From assembly GCF_045865695.1 (NCBI RefSeq), contig NZ_BAACAP010000227.1, positions 37,824-69,823 of the forward strand: 32,000 nucleotides of DNA. The letters run 5' to 3'. The DNA comes from Scytonema sp. NUACC26. GTDB lineage: Bacteria; Cyanobacteriota; Cyanobacteriia; Cyanobacteriales; Nostocaceae. How positions within the stretch are numbered: position 1 is the first letter of the stretch; every line of letters begins with the position of its first letter. The notes below the pieces were generated by a model. That model was not told the origin of the DNA and made no database searches. It saw only the letters and a list, made by a program, of their open reading frames with translations. Both the position numbers and the translations under genes were made by a program. This document shows positions 18,835 to 27,376 of the stretch, piece by piece.

Positions 18835-19413
18835 GTGAAGATAAGGTTATCGAGTCAGGCACTGACCGCAAGAACAGTAGTTTTGGGGATTGGAGTAGTA
18901 GCAACAGTGGGTACAACTGTCGTCCTGAATCAAGTTAGCAATGCGATCGGTAGCACAGCCTTCTACTGTGGACAAACAACAGACAAAGACGGTGTACGTG
19001 TACCTACAACATTTGCTCGCACTCAAGACGGAAAGGATCTAGCGGTAATTCGTTGGGTTCGCAAGATTTTCAAAGATCCGAACTTGACTCCACAAAAACG
19101 CTGTAAGGAAGTATCTCAAAGATTTCAAAAAAATTATGATAATGGTACGCTTAGATATGTCAAACCAGGTAAGCTGAATCGATCGCCTGTCGTATGCGCT
19201 TCTGTTCAAAAAGATGCTGGTTGCACAAACAAAACTTTGCTATTCACTCTTGAACCAGGTAGCGATCCCGAGGAAGTTGTTAGCCAATTATTTGACCGTC
19301 GTGCTTTAGCAGCTGGAGACGCACTCAATCAATTTGGTGGAGACAGAAGTAACAAACCAATCGTTATTGATTTGGAAGCGTATCTATACTTTGGATCGTC
19401 AACAGCTAAATAA
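18835..19413 (+). CDS. COP23-domain (circadian oscillating polypeptide-like) secreted protein
   Basis: 192 aa. N-terminal hydrophobic segment, then FYCGQTTDKDGVRVPTTFARTQDGKDLAVIRWV...TPQKRCKEVSQRFQ, which fits the COP23 pattern as I recall it. The GTG start is from the ORF track and is uncertain. Confidence 0.65.
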   Translation: MKIRLSSQALTARTVVLGIGVVATVGTTVVLNQVSNAIGSTAFYCGQTTDKDGVRVPTTFARTQDGKDLAVIRWVRKIFKDPNLTPQKRCKEVSQRFQKNYDNGTLRYVKPGKLNRSPVVCASVQKDAGCTNKTLLFTLEPGSDPEEVVSQLFDRRALAAGDALNQFGGDRSNKPIVIDLEAYLYFGSSTAK

Positions 19414-19465
19414 GCTTTATCAGTCCATCTGTTAATTCGGTGTAGGGGCAAACAATATTCTTTAG

Positions 19466-19849
19466 ATGACTTGGCGTAATTTGACACTGGTTGCTTGCAT
19501 GGGCGTAATATTAATTACGCTGCCAACATGGGTAGTAAATGTTAGTGTTAGTCAACTTTCTCAATCCAAACAAACTTCTATTCAATCTGTAAAACAATTG
19601 CATTCCTATGCACAAGCCATTAGTGTGAAGGTAATGTCATCATCAGATGTGTTAGGGTCAGGGTTTATCCTGAGAAAGGAAGGCTTAGTTTATACTGTAT
19701 TAACAAATGCTCATGTGTTGCGCTCAGGTCATCCGACTTATCGCATCCAAACTGTTGATGGTCGTATTTGGAATGTAGAGACCAAGGATGACAAGTCTTT
19801 ACAGGGTCGCGATTTAGCTTTTAAAGGGAGTTCTACACTAATGTCATGA
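19466..19849 (+). pseudogene. Trypsin-like (S1/DegP-type) serine protease, N-terminal fragment only
   Basis: Signal/TM segment, then VLGSGFILRKEGLVYTVLTNAHVL (catalytic His region) and GRDLAF (Asp region). The reading frame then runs into the antisense kinase fragment, and no GDSGG serine motif is present. Confidence 0.6.
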
Positions 19850-20154
19850 CCTTCTACAAACTCTTGAGCTATATAAAATTCTTGATTTTCTTCAAAATGA
19901 GCTAAGAAACGTGGAATTTGGTCATGATAACCTAATTTTTCCAGAATTTCTGCTTCCTGGTTAAACATTTTTTGTCCCACTTGCATAGTTAGGGGATCGG
20001 TAAACATTGGTTTAAATTGCTTGACAACGCACTTGGGATTTCCTGGGCGTTGCATATCTAGAGCTAAAAAAGTAATACCAAACCCCCCTTTTCCTAATTG
20101 AGCGATAATTTGATAGCGTCCACCTAGCATTTGACTCTGCATGGAAGTAACCAA
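19738..20154 (-). pseudogene. Ser/Thr protein kinase, N-lobe fragment only
   Basis: LGGRYQIIAQLGKGGFGITFLA (Gly loop), CVVKQFKP (catalytic Lys), EAEILEKLGYHDQIPRFLAHFEENQEFYIAQEFVEGHD (helix C to hinge). Recognisable kinase sequence stops at about codon 105, and there are no HRDLKP or DFG motifs. Confidence 0.75.
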
Positions 20155-20212
20155 TCGTAGATTGTGGAAGTTGCCACTTTATTTGTGATTTTGACATAAA
20201 ATAAAGTGGCTT

Positions 20213-20656
20213 TTATAGCTTTAGCGGGTCAACTGCCACAATCCCTTCAATTGCATAACGGGTAAAATCAGTTGTATTAAATGTCAGAATATGTGTCACA
20301 CTGTTTGCCTTCATGCTAGCAACAAGGTAAGCGTCATGCACTTGCACACCTGATACACCATACGTAACAACAAGCCGACGCCACTCAGGATAAATTGCAG
20401 GAGTGTCAGGCAATAATGGGAAAAGACGCTCGATTAACTGCAGTAATCGATTTGCATACGTTGGCGTCAAGCCTAATCCGTTTTTTACTGCTGGTCTTGT
20501 AGCGACGTTCCAAAATTATTTACAATTTTGCGGCGTGATTTTTAATTGTTCTCCATTGGCTCTAAGTTTTTTCCTAACATCTCTTACAATAGTGTTTAGT
20601 GGACTGCTGCAATCCACAAAACGTAGTAAGAAGTTCGTGTCCACAAGATATGTCAT
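20213..20656 (-). pseudogene. vapC: PIN-domain toxin (VapC-like) interrupted by an in-frame TAA
   Basis: My translation from the ATG at 20656: MTYLVDTNFLLRFVDCSSPLNTIVRDVRKKLRANGEQLKITPQNCK*FWNVATRPAVKNGLGL. It then continues in the same frame into the supplied ORF (TPTYANRLL...HDAYLVASMKANSVTHILTFNTTDFTRY). The stop lies at 20516..20518. Confidence 0.7.
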
Positions 20657-20765
20657 CACAATTAGGGGCGATCCTCATAAATACCTTCACGGCTTACCGC
20701 ATAGTCTGACAGTGTTGATAGATTTGAACCAATAAATAATAATTTGGTTATAACGCAAAACGAAA

Positions 20766-21179
20766 TTAGCGATCGCCTGCTATTTCATCTGGCATTAAAT
20801 CCATTACATTTTTGTATACTTCTGATGCCAGATGAAATGCTTTCTTAAGTTCTCCTGGGCTAGGATTGAAGTCTTCCGTTGCTTCTATAGGATATCGATA
20901 TGTCTGGTTATACTGGCTTAAATATCCTGCTTCTTTTAAGATAGTTGTGAATTCTGGTTGAAATGCTGAAGCTAGTTTTACTAAGGTGTTGATATTATGA
21001 GTATCTCCTGGATCGGTATCGTGGAGAATAAGAAAACCTTTAAGAGCTTTTTCTGCTGCTTGCTGGCAATGGTAAATAGCTATGTCTGGTAGCTCTGAAG
21101 ATAACTTTCGGGCAGCAAATAAATCACGTTGAGCTTTTTTCAACCAAAACTGTACCAAAATGCGCTTTGCTTTGTCCAT
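20766..21179 (-). CDS. HEPN-domain protein (toxin partner of a HEPN-MNT module)
   Basis: 137 aa. WLKKAQRDLFAARKL...AIYHCQQAAEKALKGFL is a typical HEPN helix-1/2 pattern. It lies immediately downstream of a minimal nucleotidyltransferase. Confidence 0.7.
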   Translation of the reverse strand: MDKAKRILVQFWLKKAQRDLFAARKLSSELPDIAIYHCQQAAEKALKGFLILHDTDPGDTHNINTLVKLASAFQPEFTTILKEAGYLSQYNQTYRYPIEATEDFNPSPGELKKAFHLASEVYKNVMDLMPDEIAGDR

Positions 21180-21495
21180 ACAGTAATTTTCCTTTTTCTA
21201 CAATTTTTCTAGTAAGGGAAGCAGGAACTGTTTTAAATGTTTCTACATCAGAACGGGTTTTTATCATAACATCTACGTCAACCATTAAATCCTCTAAAGC
21301 ATTTAATGCTCGTACTCCCCACTCAATACGGTCAAATTCCGCAATCTCATCATTTACAATGATGCATATATCTAGATCGCTGTACTTATTTGGTGTTCCC
21401 CAAGCATAAGAGCCAAAAAGAATAATTTCTTCCGGATTAAGTTCAGCTACTAAACGACGGGTTACTTCAGTAATCACCTCAGAATTAATGTTCAT
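21124..21495 (-). CDS. Minimal nucleotidyltransferase (MNT) domain protein (antitoxin partner)
   Basis: 123 aa. Pol-beta-type NTase motif ILFGSYAWGTPNKYSDLDICII plus a downstream DVDV. The 3' end overlaps the HEPN ORF by 56 nt. Confidence 0.8.
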   Translation of the reverse strand: MNINSEVITEVTRRLVAELNPEEIILFGSYAWGTPNKYSDLDICIIVNDEIAEFDRIEWGVRALNALEDLMVDVDVMIKTRSDVETFKTVPASLTRKIVEKGKLLYGQSKAHFGTVLVEKSST

Positions 21496-21573
21496 CTAAT
21501 ATCCACCTCTAACGACTACAATTAAAAAACCAAAGTTATCCTATGTTTATGTTATCAGGGTAATTGAGCGTAT

Positions 21574-21615
21574 TTCCCAATCCCCAATCTCCAGTCCCCA
21601 GTCCCCAGTCCCTCT
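21574..21615. repeat. STRR heptamer array (TCCCCAG/TCCCCAA, 6 units)
   Basis: Direct reading: TTCCCAA TCCCCAA TCTCCAG TCCCCAG TCCCCAG TCCCTCT. Confidence 0.8.
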
Positions 21616-21766
21616 ATACTCGCCACTTGTTAAAAGAAGATAATTGGCTACATTGCAGGTAGCGATCTAAATTTAGCATTAGTATTGTGAGCGCGATACG
21701 CCTTAAGGCGTTAAGCTTTGCTTATCGCTATGCCCTACCTCAAGAACGTCCAGATGACAGCAGATT

Positions 21767-22960
21767 ATGAAACTTAGCCTGTGTACGATTGTCAAAAACG
21801 AACAAAAAACCCTTCCCAAGTGTCTGAGTAGTGTTAAGAACCTTGTTGATGAAATGATTGTATTAGATACAGGTTCAACAGACAGCACTCCACAAATCGC
21901 TAAAAAATTCGGTGCTGAGGTACACCATTTTCAATGGTGTAATGACTTTAGTGCTGCTCGCAATGAGGCTTTAAAATATGTTACGGGCGATTGGGTTCTC
22001 GTACTAGATGCAGATGAAACTCTTACCCAAAAAATAGTACCGCAGTTAAAAGAAGCCATACAAAGGGAAGAATACCTGCTTATTAACTTGGTACGCCACG
22101 AAGTTGGTGCAGAACAATCTCCTTATTCCTTAGTTTCTCGCCTATTCCGCAAGCATCCAGAAATCTCCTTTTCGCGCCCTTACCATGCTTTGGTAGATGA
22201 TAGCGTATCTCAACTGATCGAGCGAGAACCGCATTGGCAAATCGGTTACTTGGAAGGAGTGGCAATTTTACATACAGGATATCAAAAAGATACCATAGCC
22301 CGACAAAATAAATTTGCTAAAGCACAAACCGCAATGGAGGAGTTTTTTGCCGCTCATCCTAACGATCCCTATGTTTGTAGTAAATTAGGCGCAGTTTATG
22401 TCGAACAAGGTAAAGTCATACAAGGAGTGGAGTTACTCGCAAAAGGAGTTGCGTCTGCTGAAGAGAACTACGATATTTTGTACGAACTTTATTATCATTT
22501 GGGTATTGCTTACAGTCGGTTGCAAAATACTAGACAAGCAATAGCTCACTATCAAGCTGCTATTAAATTACCTATTTATCCAATACTAAAATTAGGAGCG
22601 TATAACAATTTAGGGACTATGTTAAAAGCATCTGGAGATTTAAATGGGGCAAAAATAGCTTATGAAACAGCTTTAAAAATCGCTCCCAGTTTTACAACAG
22701 GATATTATAATCTTGGTATGACATTAAAAGCAATGAATTTATTGCAAGATGCGATCGCTGCTTATCAAAAAGCCATTCAATTAAATCCTAAATATGCCGA
22801 AGCTTACCAAAACTTGGGAGTTGTACTATTAAAACTAGGCTATGTAGAAGATAGTTTAACTGCTTTTAGGTCTGCGATCGCACTTCACGAACAACACAAT
22901 CCTGAAGAAGCAAAACGATTGCGCCAAGGTTTGAAAGAGATGGGATTGATTAACCAGTGA
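21767..22960 (+). CDS. Family-2 glycosyltransferase fused to C-terminal TPR repeats
   Basis: N-terminus LSLCTIVKNEQKTLPKCLSSV...VLDTGSTDST...ARNEALKYVTGDWVLVLDADE (GT2 DxD). The C-terminal half has repeated AxxxYxxAlxlxP TPR units (AIAHYQAAIKL, AKIAYETALKIAP, AIAAYQKAIQLNP). Confidence 0.85.
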   Translation: MKLSLCTIVKNEQKTLPKCLSSVKNLVDEMIVLDTGSTDSTPQIAKKFGAEVHHFQWCNDFSAARNEALKYVTGDWVLVLDADETLTQKIVPQLKEAIQREEYLLINLVRHEVGAEQSPYSLVSRLFRKHPEISFSRPYHALVDDSVSQLIEREPHWQIGYLEGVAILHTGYQKDTIARQNKFAKAQTAMEEFFAAHPNDPYVCSKLGAVYVEQGKVIQGVELLAKGVASAEENYDILYELYYHLGIAYSRLQNTRQAIAHYQAAIKLPIYPILKLGAYNNLGTMLKASGDLNGAKIAYETALKIAPSFTTGYYNLGMTLKAMNLLQDAIAAYQKAIQLNPKYAEAYQNLGVVLLKLGYVEDSLTAFRSAIALHEQHNPEEAKRLRQGLKEMGLINQ

Positions 22961-23097
22961 CCACCTGACCAGTGACCACCTGACCAGTGACCACCTGACC
23001 ACCTGACCAGTGACCACCTGACCAGTGACCACCTGACCAGTGACCACCTGACCAGTGACCACCTGACCAGTGACCACCTGACCACTAACCACTAACC
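22954..23097. repeat. Tandem array of a 15-nt compound unit (CCAGTGA+CCACCTGA), about 9 units, ending in CCACTAA variants
   Basis: Direct reading. The array fills the whole gap between two convergent genes and contains both stop codons (TGA 22958..22960; TAG on the minus strand at 23092..23094). Confidence 0.9.
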
Positions 23098-24261
23098 AAT
23101 AACTCCTTTGACAAACCTTTCCAATCTATCCATTCCCTTTTCGATTGTTGCCATGTCCGTAGCATAGGAAAGGCGAATGTTATCATCAGCACCAAAGGCT
23201 ATTCCTGGAATAACTGCAACTTGCTCTTTTTCTAGTAAGGCGTTACAGAAATCCAGGGATTTTAGCCCTGTTTTGCTAATATCGGGAAATAGGTAGAATG
23301 CGCCATCAGGTTTGGTACATACGAGTCCGGGAATCGCGTTGAGTCTTTCCAACATTACCTGTCGCCGTTGTGCGAAACCTTGGCGCATTTCTTCAACACA
23401 GTCTTGGGAATCTTCCAAAGCTGCGATCGCACCGTATTGAGCAAAAGTACACACATTAGATGTACTATGGCTTTGAATCGTAATTGTTGCTTTAATCAAA
23501 TCTAGAGGTCCCGCTAAGTATCCTATGCGCCATCCCGTCATAGAATAAGCTTTGGCAAAGCCATTACTGATAATGGTTCGAGCAAAAATTTCTTCTCCCA
23601 ATGAACCAATGCTGACGTGTTTTGCACCGTCATAAAGAATCTTTTCGTAAATCTCGTCAGAAACGACAAGGATATCTTTCTCAACAACTATCGCCGCTAA
23701 GGCTTTGATTTCATCTGGTGTATAAACCATCCCTGTGGGATTGGATGGCGAGTTAAGAATCAATAACTTTGTCCTAGGGGTAATCGACTTACGTAACTGT
23801 TCGGGAGTAATCTTATAATCCGTAGAGGCATCTGTAGAGACGATAACTGAAACCCCGTCTGCAAGCGTTACCATTTCAGGATAGCTTAACCAATAAGGTG
23901 CAGGAATAATCACCTCATCACCCGATTCAATCAATGCTAGTATCAAATTAAACAGAGAGTGCTTACCGCCATTAGTGACAACGACATTTTCTGCTTTGTA
24001 ATCCAAACCGTTGTCAGTTTTAAGCTTGCGGGCGATCGCTTCTCTTAACTTTGGTTCTCCGGCAGCTGGTCCATACTTAGTCTTACCATCATCCAGCGCT
24101 TTTTGTGCAGCCACTTTGACGTGCGTCGGGCTGTCATAATCTGGTTCTCCGGCGCTAAAACTACAAACGTCTATACCCTCTGCCTTCATCGCCTTGGCTT
24201 TTGCAGCGATGGCTAAGGTTATGGAAGGCGTTACCTGACTAACTCGTCCTGCAAGCTTCAT
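23092..24261 (-). CDS. Pyridoxal-phosphate-dependent class I aminotransferase (aspartate aminotransferase-like)
   Basis: [43 protein letters not shown]..., NPSNPTG, and the PLP-lysine motif [17 protein letters not shown]. The ORF track starts 7 codons earlier (24282); MKLAGRV at 24261 fits the family N-terminus. Confidence 0.92.
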   Translation of the reverse strand: MKLAGRVSQVTPSITLAIAAKAKAMKAEGIDVCSFSAGEPDYDSPTHVKVAAQKALDDGKTKYGPAAGEPKLREAIARKLKTDNGLDYKAENVVVTNGGKHSLFNLILALIESGDEVIIPAPYWLSYPEMVTLADGVSVIVSTDASTDYKITPEQLRKSITPRTKLLILNSPSNPTGMVYTPDEIKALAAIVVEKDILVVSDEIYEKILYDGAKHVSIGSLGEEIFARTIISNGFAKAYSMTGWRIGYLAGPLDLIKATITIQSHSTSNVCTFAQYGAIAALEDSQDCVEEMRQGFAQRRQVMLERLNAIPGLVCTKPDGAFYLFPDISKTGLKSLDFCNALLEKEQVAVIPGIAFGADDNIRLSYATDMATIEKGMDRLERFVKGVIG

Positions 24262-24361
24262 CGTTTCTTTTATTAGGCACATTCTTACCTATTAAAGGAT
24301 ATACCAGAAACTTTATCGATTTTTGTCTTTTAATAATTACTTTTGTAAGTTGCTCGCCGAA

Positions 24362-24599
24362 GTTAGGGACTCCCAAATAAAAAAGACCCCAACTTTACTC
24401 TTGTGGGACGGGCGTCCTCGCCCGTTCTTTATCTGTGGCGGGCTAGAAGCTCCGCAGTCGCCTCAACTCTTGGAACCCTCCGCAGTTGCTTCAACGGGGG
24501 GAACCCTCCGCAGTCGCCTCAACGGGGGGAACCCCCGCACGGCGCTGCTCTCCGCAACGCACTGCTCTCCGCACGGCGCTGCTCTGCGCACCACAAGAT
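24362..24599. mobile_element. MITE-like element, copy 3 (core inverted relative to copy 1, with internal tandem duplications)
   Basis: TTAGGGACTCCCAAATAAAAAAG...CTCTTGTGGG ... CACCACAAGATG. The core segment ccgcagtcgcctcaacggggggaacccccgcacggcgctgctc is the exact reverse complement of 15401..15443. ccgcagtcgcctcaac occurs twice, plus a variant. Confidence 0.65.
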
Positions 24600-24770
24600 G
24601 GACAAACCACTAACACTATTGTTAACAAATGTAAAAACTTTTTGACACCTGCATAAATCTGCTTGCCACCTCCGTTAAGTAAACGAGGGTTCAAATCGGA
24701 AGCAAACTTTTGAGAGAATCCGAACTTACCTAGTACACATCGACTCACACTTTTTAAAGGAGAAAATTAC

Positions 24771-25295
24771 ATGGCTAACGGTACTTCTGGAAACGATACA
24801 CTTTACGGAACTGACTTGGCTGATAGTATCTACGCTTATGAAGGAGATGATACTGTTTACGCTGAGGCTGGTGACGATTACGTTGATGCTTGGTATGGCA
24901 ATGACACCGTTTATGGTGAAGCTGGTAACGACACGTTACTGGGTTATTACGGTGATGACTTCCTAAGTGGTGGTCGTGGAGACGATACTATCAAAGGTGA
25001 AGCTGGCAATGACACTCTCGTTGGTGGTTATGGTAAAGATACACTGTGGGGCGGTGATGGAGCTGATAAGTTTGTCTTTAACTACTTGTATGAAGGCGTT
25101 GATGTTATCAAAGACTTCCAGTGGACTGAAGGCGACAAAATTCTAGTTTCCGAAGCTGGATTTGGTGCTTGGTCTAATAACGACTTTAGCTATAACAGCA
25201 CAACTGGTGCTTTGTCTTTCCTTGGCGTTCAATTTGCCACTATTGAAAACAAGCCTTCTGGTTTTTCAACCAATCTTGATGTTCAACTCATCTAA
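24771..25295 (+). CDS. Small calcium-binding protein with RTX/hemolysin-type nonapeptide repeats
   Basis: 174 aa. About 8 consecutive GxxGxD-type units (GNDTLYGTD, GDDTVYAEAGDD, GNDTVYGEAGNDTLLGYYGDDFLSGGRGDDTIKGEAGNDTLVGGYGKDTLWGGDGADKFVF). A Shine-Dalgarno-like AAAGGAG lies upstream. Confidence 0.8.
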   Translation: MANGTSGNDTLYGTDLADSIYAYEGDDTVYAEAGDDYVDAWYGNDTVYGEAGNDTLLGYYGDDFLSGGRGDDTIKGEAGNDTLVGGYGKDTLWGGDGADKFVFNYLYEGVDVIKDFQWTEGDKILVSEAGFGAWSNNDFSYNSTTGALSFLGVQFATIENKPSGFSTNLDVQLI

Positions 25296-25462
25296 GCTCA
25301 TCACAATCTTTCTGTTTAAGAGACATTCATGACAAAAAGAGGTGGATAGAGTAGAACGTCTTTTCTTTTTCTCGCTTTTCTCAGCAAGCGTTGTGCTGTA
25401 TTTAATCGCTTAACTGCCACTTTACAAGTCAAGAAGAAAGTTTCCCAAGAAAGTAGTTTATT

Positions 25463-25491
25463 CCCACCGTCTTGCACGAGTGGGTTTTTTT
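25463..25491 (+). terminator. Intrinsic terminator downstream of the RTX-repeat gene
   Basis: CCCACCGT-cttgc-ACGAGTGGG (8 bp stem, one bulge) followed by TTTTTTT. It overlaps the stop codon of the convergent ATPase gene. Confidence 0.55.
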
Positions 25492-26923
25492 ATGTTTGTT
25501 CGTCACTACTTAAACGCATCTGAAAATATTGACGATATAAATTACAACGAGGCTGGACTTTATTACCAGCGAGTTTGACTAACCCCATACTTTGTAACTG
25601 ATAAGCTGATATAGGTTCTATTTGTACGGGATGATGTGTATGAATCACTTGTTGAAAAGCTGCTGCTAATTTGAGGTGTTCTTGCAAATCTAACCAGTAT
25701 TTCCATAAGTGAGGGCGGTAAATACCAGCTTCAGTTGGTGCTTCTGCTAAAAGTTGCTCCACTGTTATATCTGGATGGCTTTTAAGATGGGCAAAAGCTA
25801 ATTCTAACAGGTAGGGGTGTCCTCCTAATAATTCCATTAGTTGTGCAACGGAGTTTGATGCGATCGCAAGCCCATGTTGCTGAGACAAAGCCAAGACTTG
25901 CTCCTGAGTAAACTCAGACAACTCAATGGGTAACCCAACATTAAAGGGGGATTGATTAATATTGAGTTGAATATAAACATCAGTTGAGTGTAAGATTGCC
26001 AATCTTAACTTTTGCCAAAGCCGACGACTTCTTGCCTTTTCATACCAAGAACGGAGTAATCCAAAAAAGTCTTCGTAAATTTCTGGATGGGGAAACAGTA
26101 AATCGACATCATCCAAGCAGAGCACAAGGGGATTTGTCAGTTCAGTCAAAAGATATTCCTCAAAATATGTCGTACAACTGACTTTAGAACCTATACCCTC
26201 TTCATCCCAGTATTCATCCAATTCCACTGGTAACCGAAGTTCGCGACTAATATTGATGCAAAACCAACGTAAGAACTTATTTAAGTTGGTAAAATGTATG
26301 CTCCTATCTGCCAGTTTAAAACTCAAGTAAACAATAGAGTAGTCTTTTTCTACTACTTGACTCAACACTCGTGTCATTAAATACGTTTTCCCCATAAGGC
26401 TAGGGGCTTTAATCCGGATGAGAGAACCTGGTTGTAAAATATGTTCGTAGCAGAGAGATTCTATAGGAGGACGTTCTACATAAACCTCTATTTTTGAAAC
26501 TTCGTTCTTTTCTATTTGACTTCGTTCTTGTTGAATTTGCGTATTTTGTTTTAGCGAGTCTTCTTTGTTACTAGCAATATTTCTAGAAGTCTGTTTATCC
26601 CCTTCTGCGCCCGCTAAAACTTGTAAATTTCTACCGACTTCACTGAAAGATTGTTTCTCCCAATACCTTTTTAACGCTTCCTTAAAGTTACTTTTCTTAA
26701 CTTTTTCTCCCAAAGCATCGCTTAACAGTTTCCAAAATTTAGGCGCTACATCTTGACTAATGTAGGTTGTAGCGTATTGGTGTTTAGCAGCAATAGTATC
26801 ATAGTCCTCGCGCTGCCAAGCTCCCTTCACGATCGCGATTTCAAGGTCTGTTAGTTTTCTGTTGAATTTTGAATGTACGACTTGATTAGCTGCTTCAATA
26901 GCTTCGTTTAAATTGAAATCCAT
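25490..26923 (-). CDS. AAA_35-type (STAND-like) ATPase with an N-terminal HTH-like domain
   Basis: 477 aa. N-terminus LTDLEIAIVKGAWQREDYDTIAAKHQYATTYISQDVAPKFWKLLSDALGEKVKKSNFKEAL resembles the sigma-r4/LuxR-like module seen on many cyanobacterial STAND/WD40 proteins. Then YVERPPIESLCYEHILQPGSLIRIKAPSLMGKTYLM (P-loop) and VLCLDDVDLLF (Walker B). Confidence 0.7.
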   Translation of the reverse strand: MDFNLNEAIEAANQVVHSKFNRKLTDLEIAIVKGAWQREDYDTIAAKHQYATTYISQDVAPKFWKLLSDALGEKVKKSNFKEALKRYWEKQSFSEVGRNLQVLAGAEGDKQTSRNIASNKEDSLKQNTQIQQERSQIEKNEVSKIEVYVERPPIESLCYEHILQPGSLIRIKAPSLMGKTYLMTRVLSQVVEKDYSIVYLSFKLADRSIHFTNLNKFLRWFCINISRELRLPVELDEYWDEEGIGSKVSCTTYFEEYLLTELTNPLVLCLDDVDLLFPHPEIYEDFFGLLRSWYEKARSRRLWQKLRLAILHSTDVYIQLNINQSPFNVGLPIELSEFTQEQVLALSQQHGLAIASNSVAQLMELLGGHPYLLELAFAHLKSHPDITVEQLLAEAPTEAGIYRPHLWKYWLDLQEHLKLAAAFQQVIHTHHPVQIEPISAYQLQSMGLVKLAGNKVQPRCNLYRQYFQMRLSSDEQT

Positions 26924-27154
26924 AGTTTTATTGAAAATAATAATCTTTTTTGTAAATCAAATGTAGTTATAAGAGCTTGAGTCAAGAACGCAGTACTAGT
27001 GTTACATACAGTCATACCAAATCTACAAGAAAAATGTTAAGTACTCTTAGATGGGCATTACCTGACTTACAACTCTTGATTGCTCTTTCAGAAACCTAGT
27101 TTGTGAGAGACCATTTATAAAGTCCATCTTAAATCGCCAAACATAATATATTGC

Positions 27155-27185
27155 GTAGTTTGGTTTCGTTCCTCAACCCAACATA
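27155..27185. repeat. Hairpin-forming dispersed repeat (GTTTGGTTtcgttcctcAACCCAAC); inverted copy at 30979..31008
   Basis: The 25-nt core differs at 1 position from the reverse complement of gttgggttgaggaacgaaacccaac at 30981..31005. Confidence 0.7.
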
Positions 27186-27206
27186 CAGTTGAGATTATCT
27201 GAATTA

Positions 27207-27340
27207 ACCTGAATTTTCTGACCTTTTCTAACTTGTTGGAAGAAAAATTAATTCAAACACTCCTGAATTTAACTCAACTCCTTTCCGAAAGGATAAATCA
27301 TACTAACAATAGAAAGCAACAAACAAGCTTTCCAACAAAA
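27207..27340 (+). promoter_or_regulatory. Upstream module A (probable promoter plus 5' leader) of the cargo genes; paralogous to 28579..28721
   Basis: Blocks shared with module B: ACCTGAATTTTCTGACYTTTTCT, CTGAATTTARCTCAACTCCT, AATCATACTAAYAAYAGAAAGCAACMAAMAAGCTTTCCARCAAA. CATACT is a possible -10 element. Confidence 0.35.
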
Positions 27341-27376
27341 CATCAAACACAAACTAGAAAAATTAAGGAGTCAAAA

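Noticed and set aside
20403-20735. 110-aa + strand ORF
   Set aside because: It is antisense to the VapC pseudogene and the antitoxin remnant, has hydrophobic low-information content, and is explained by the minus-strand PIN reading frame.
22856-23092. ORFs translating as (VTGQ)n / (SLVRW)n
   Set aside because: These are pure translations of the 15-nt tandem array between two convergent genes and have no independent coding evidence.
22954-23097. Possible CRISPR array
   Set aside because: The units are 15 nt and directly abutting, with no spacers. No cas genes are in the window. This is an STRR-type tandem repeat.
27233-27376. The 48-codon N-terminal extension of cargo paralog 1 given by the ORF track (TTG start)
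   Set aside because: Paralog 2 starts at the equivalent internal ATG with an identical AAGGAG Shine-Dalgarno and spacer. The extension overlaps the non-coding module that is also found upstream of the exporter.
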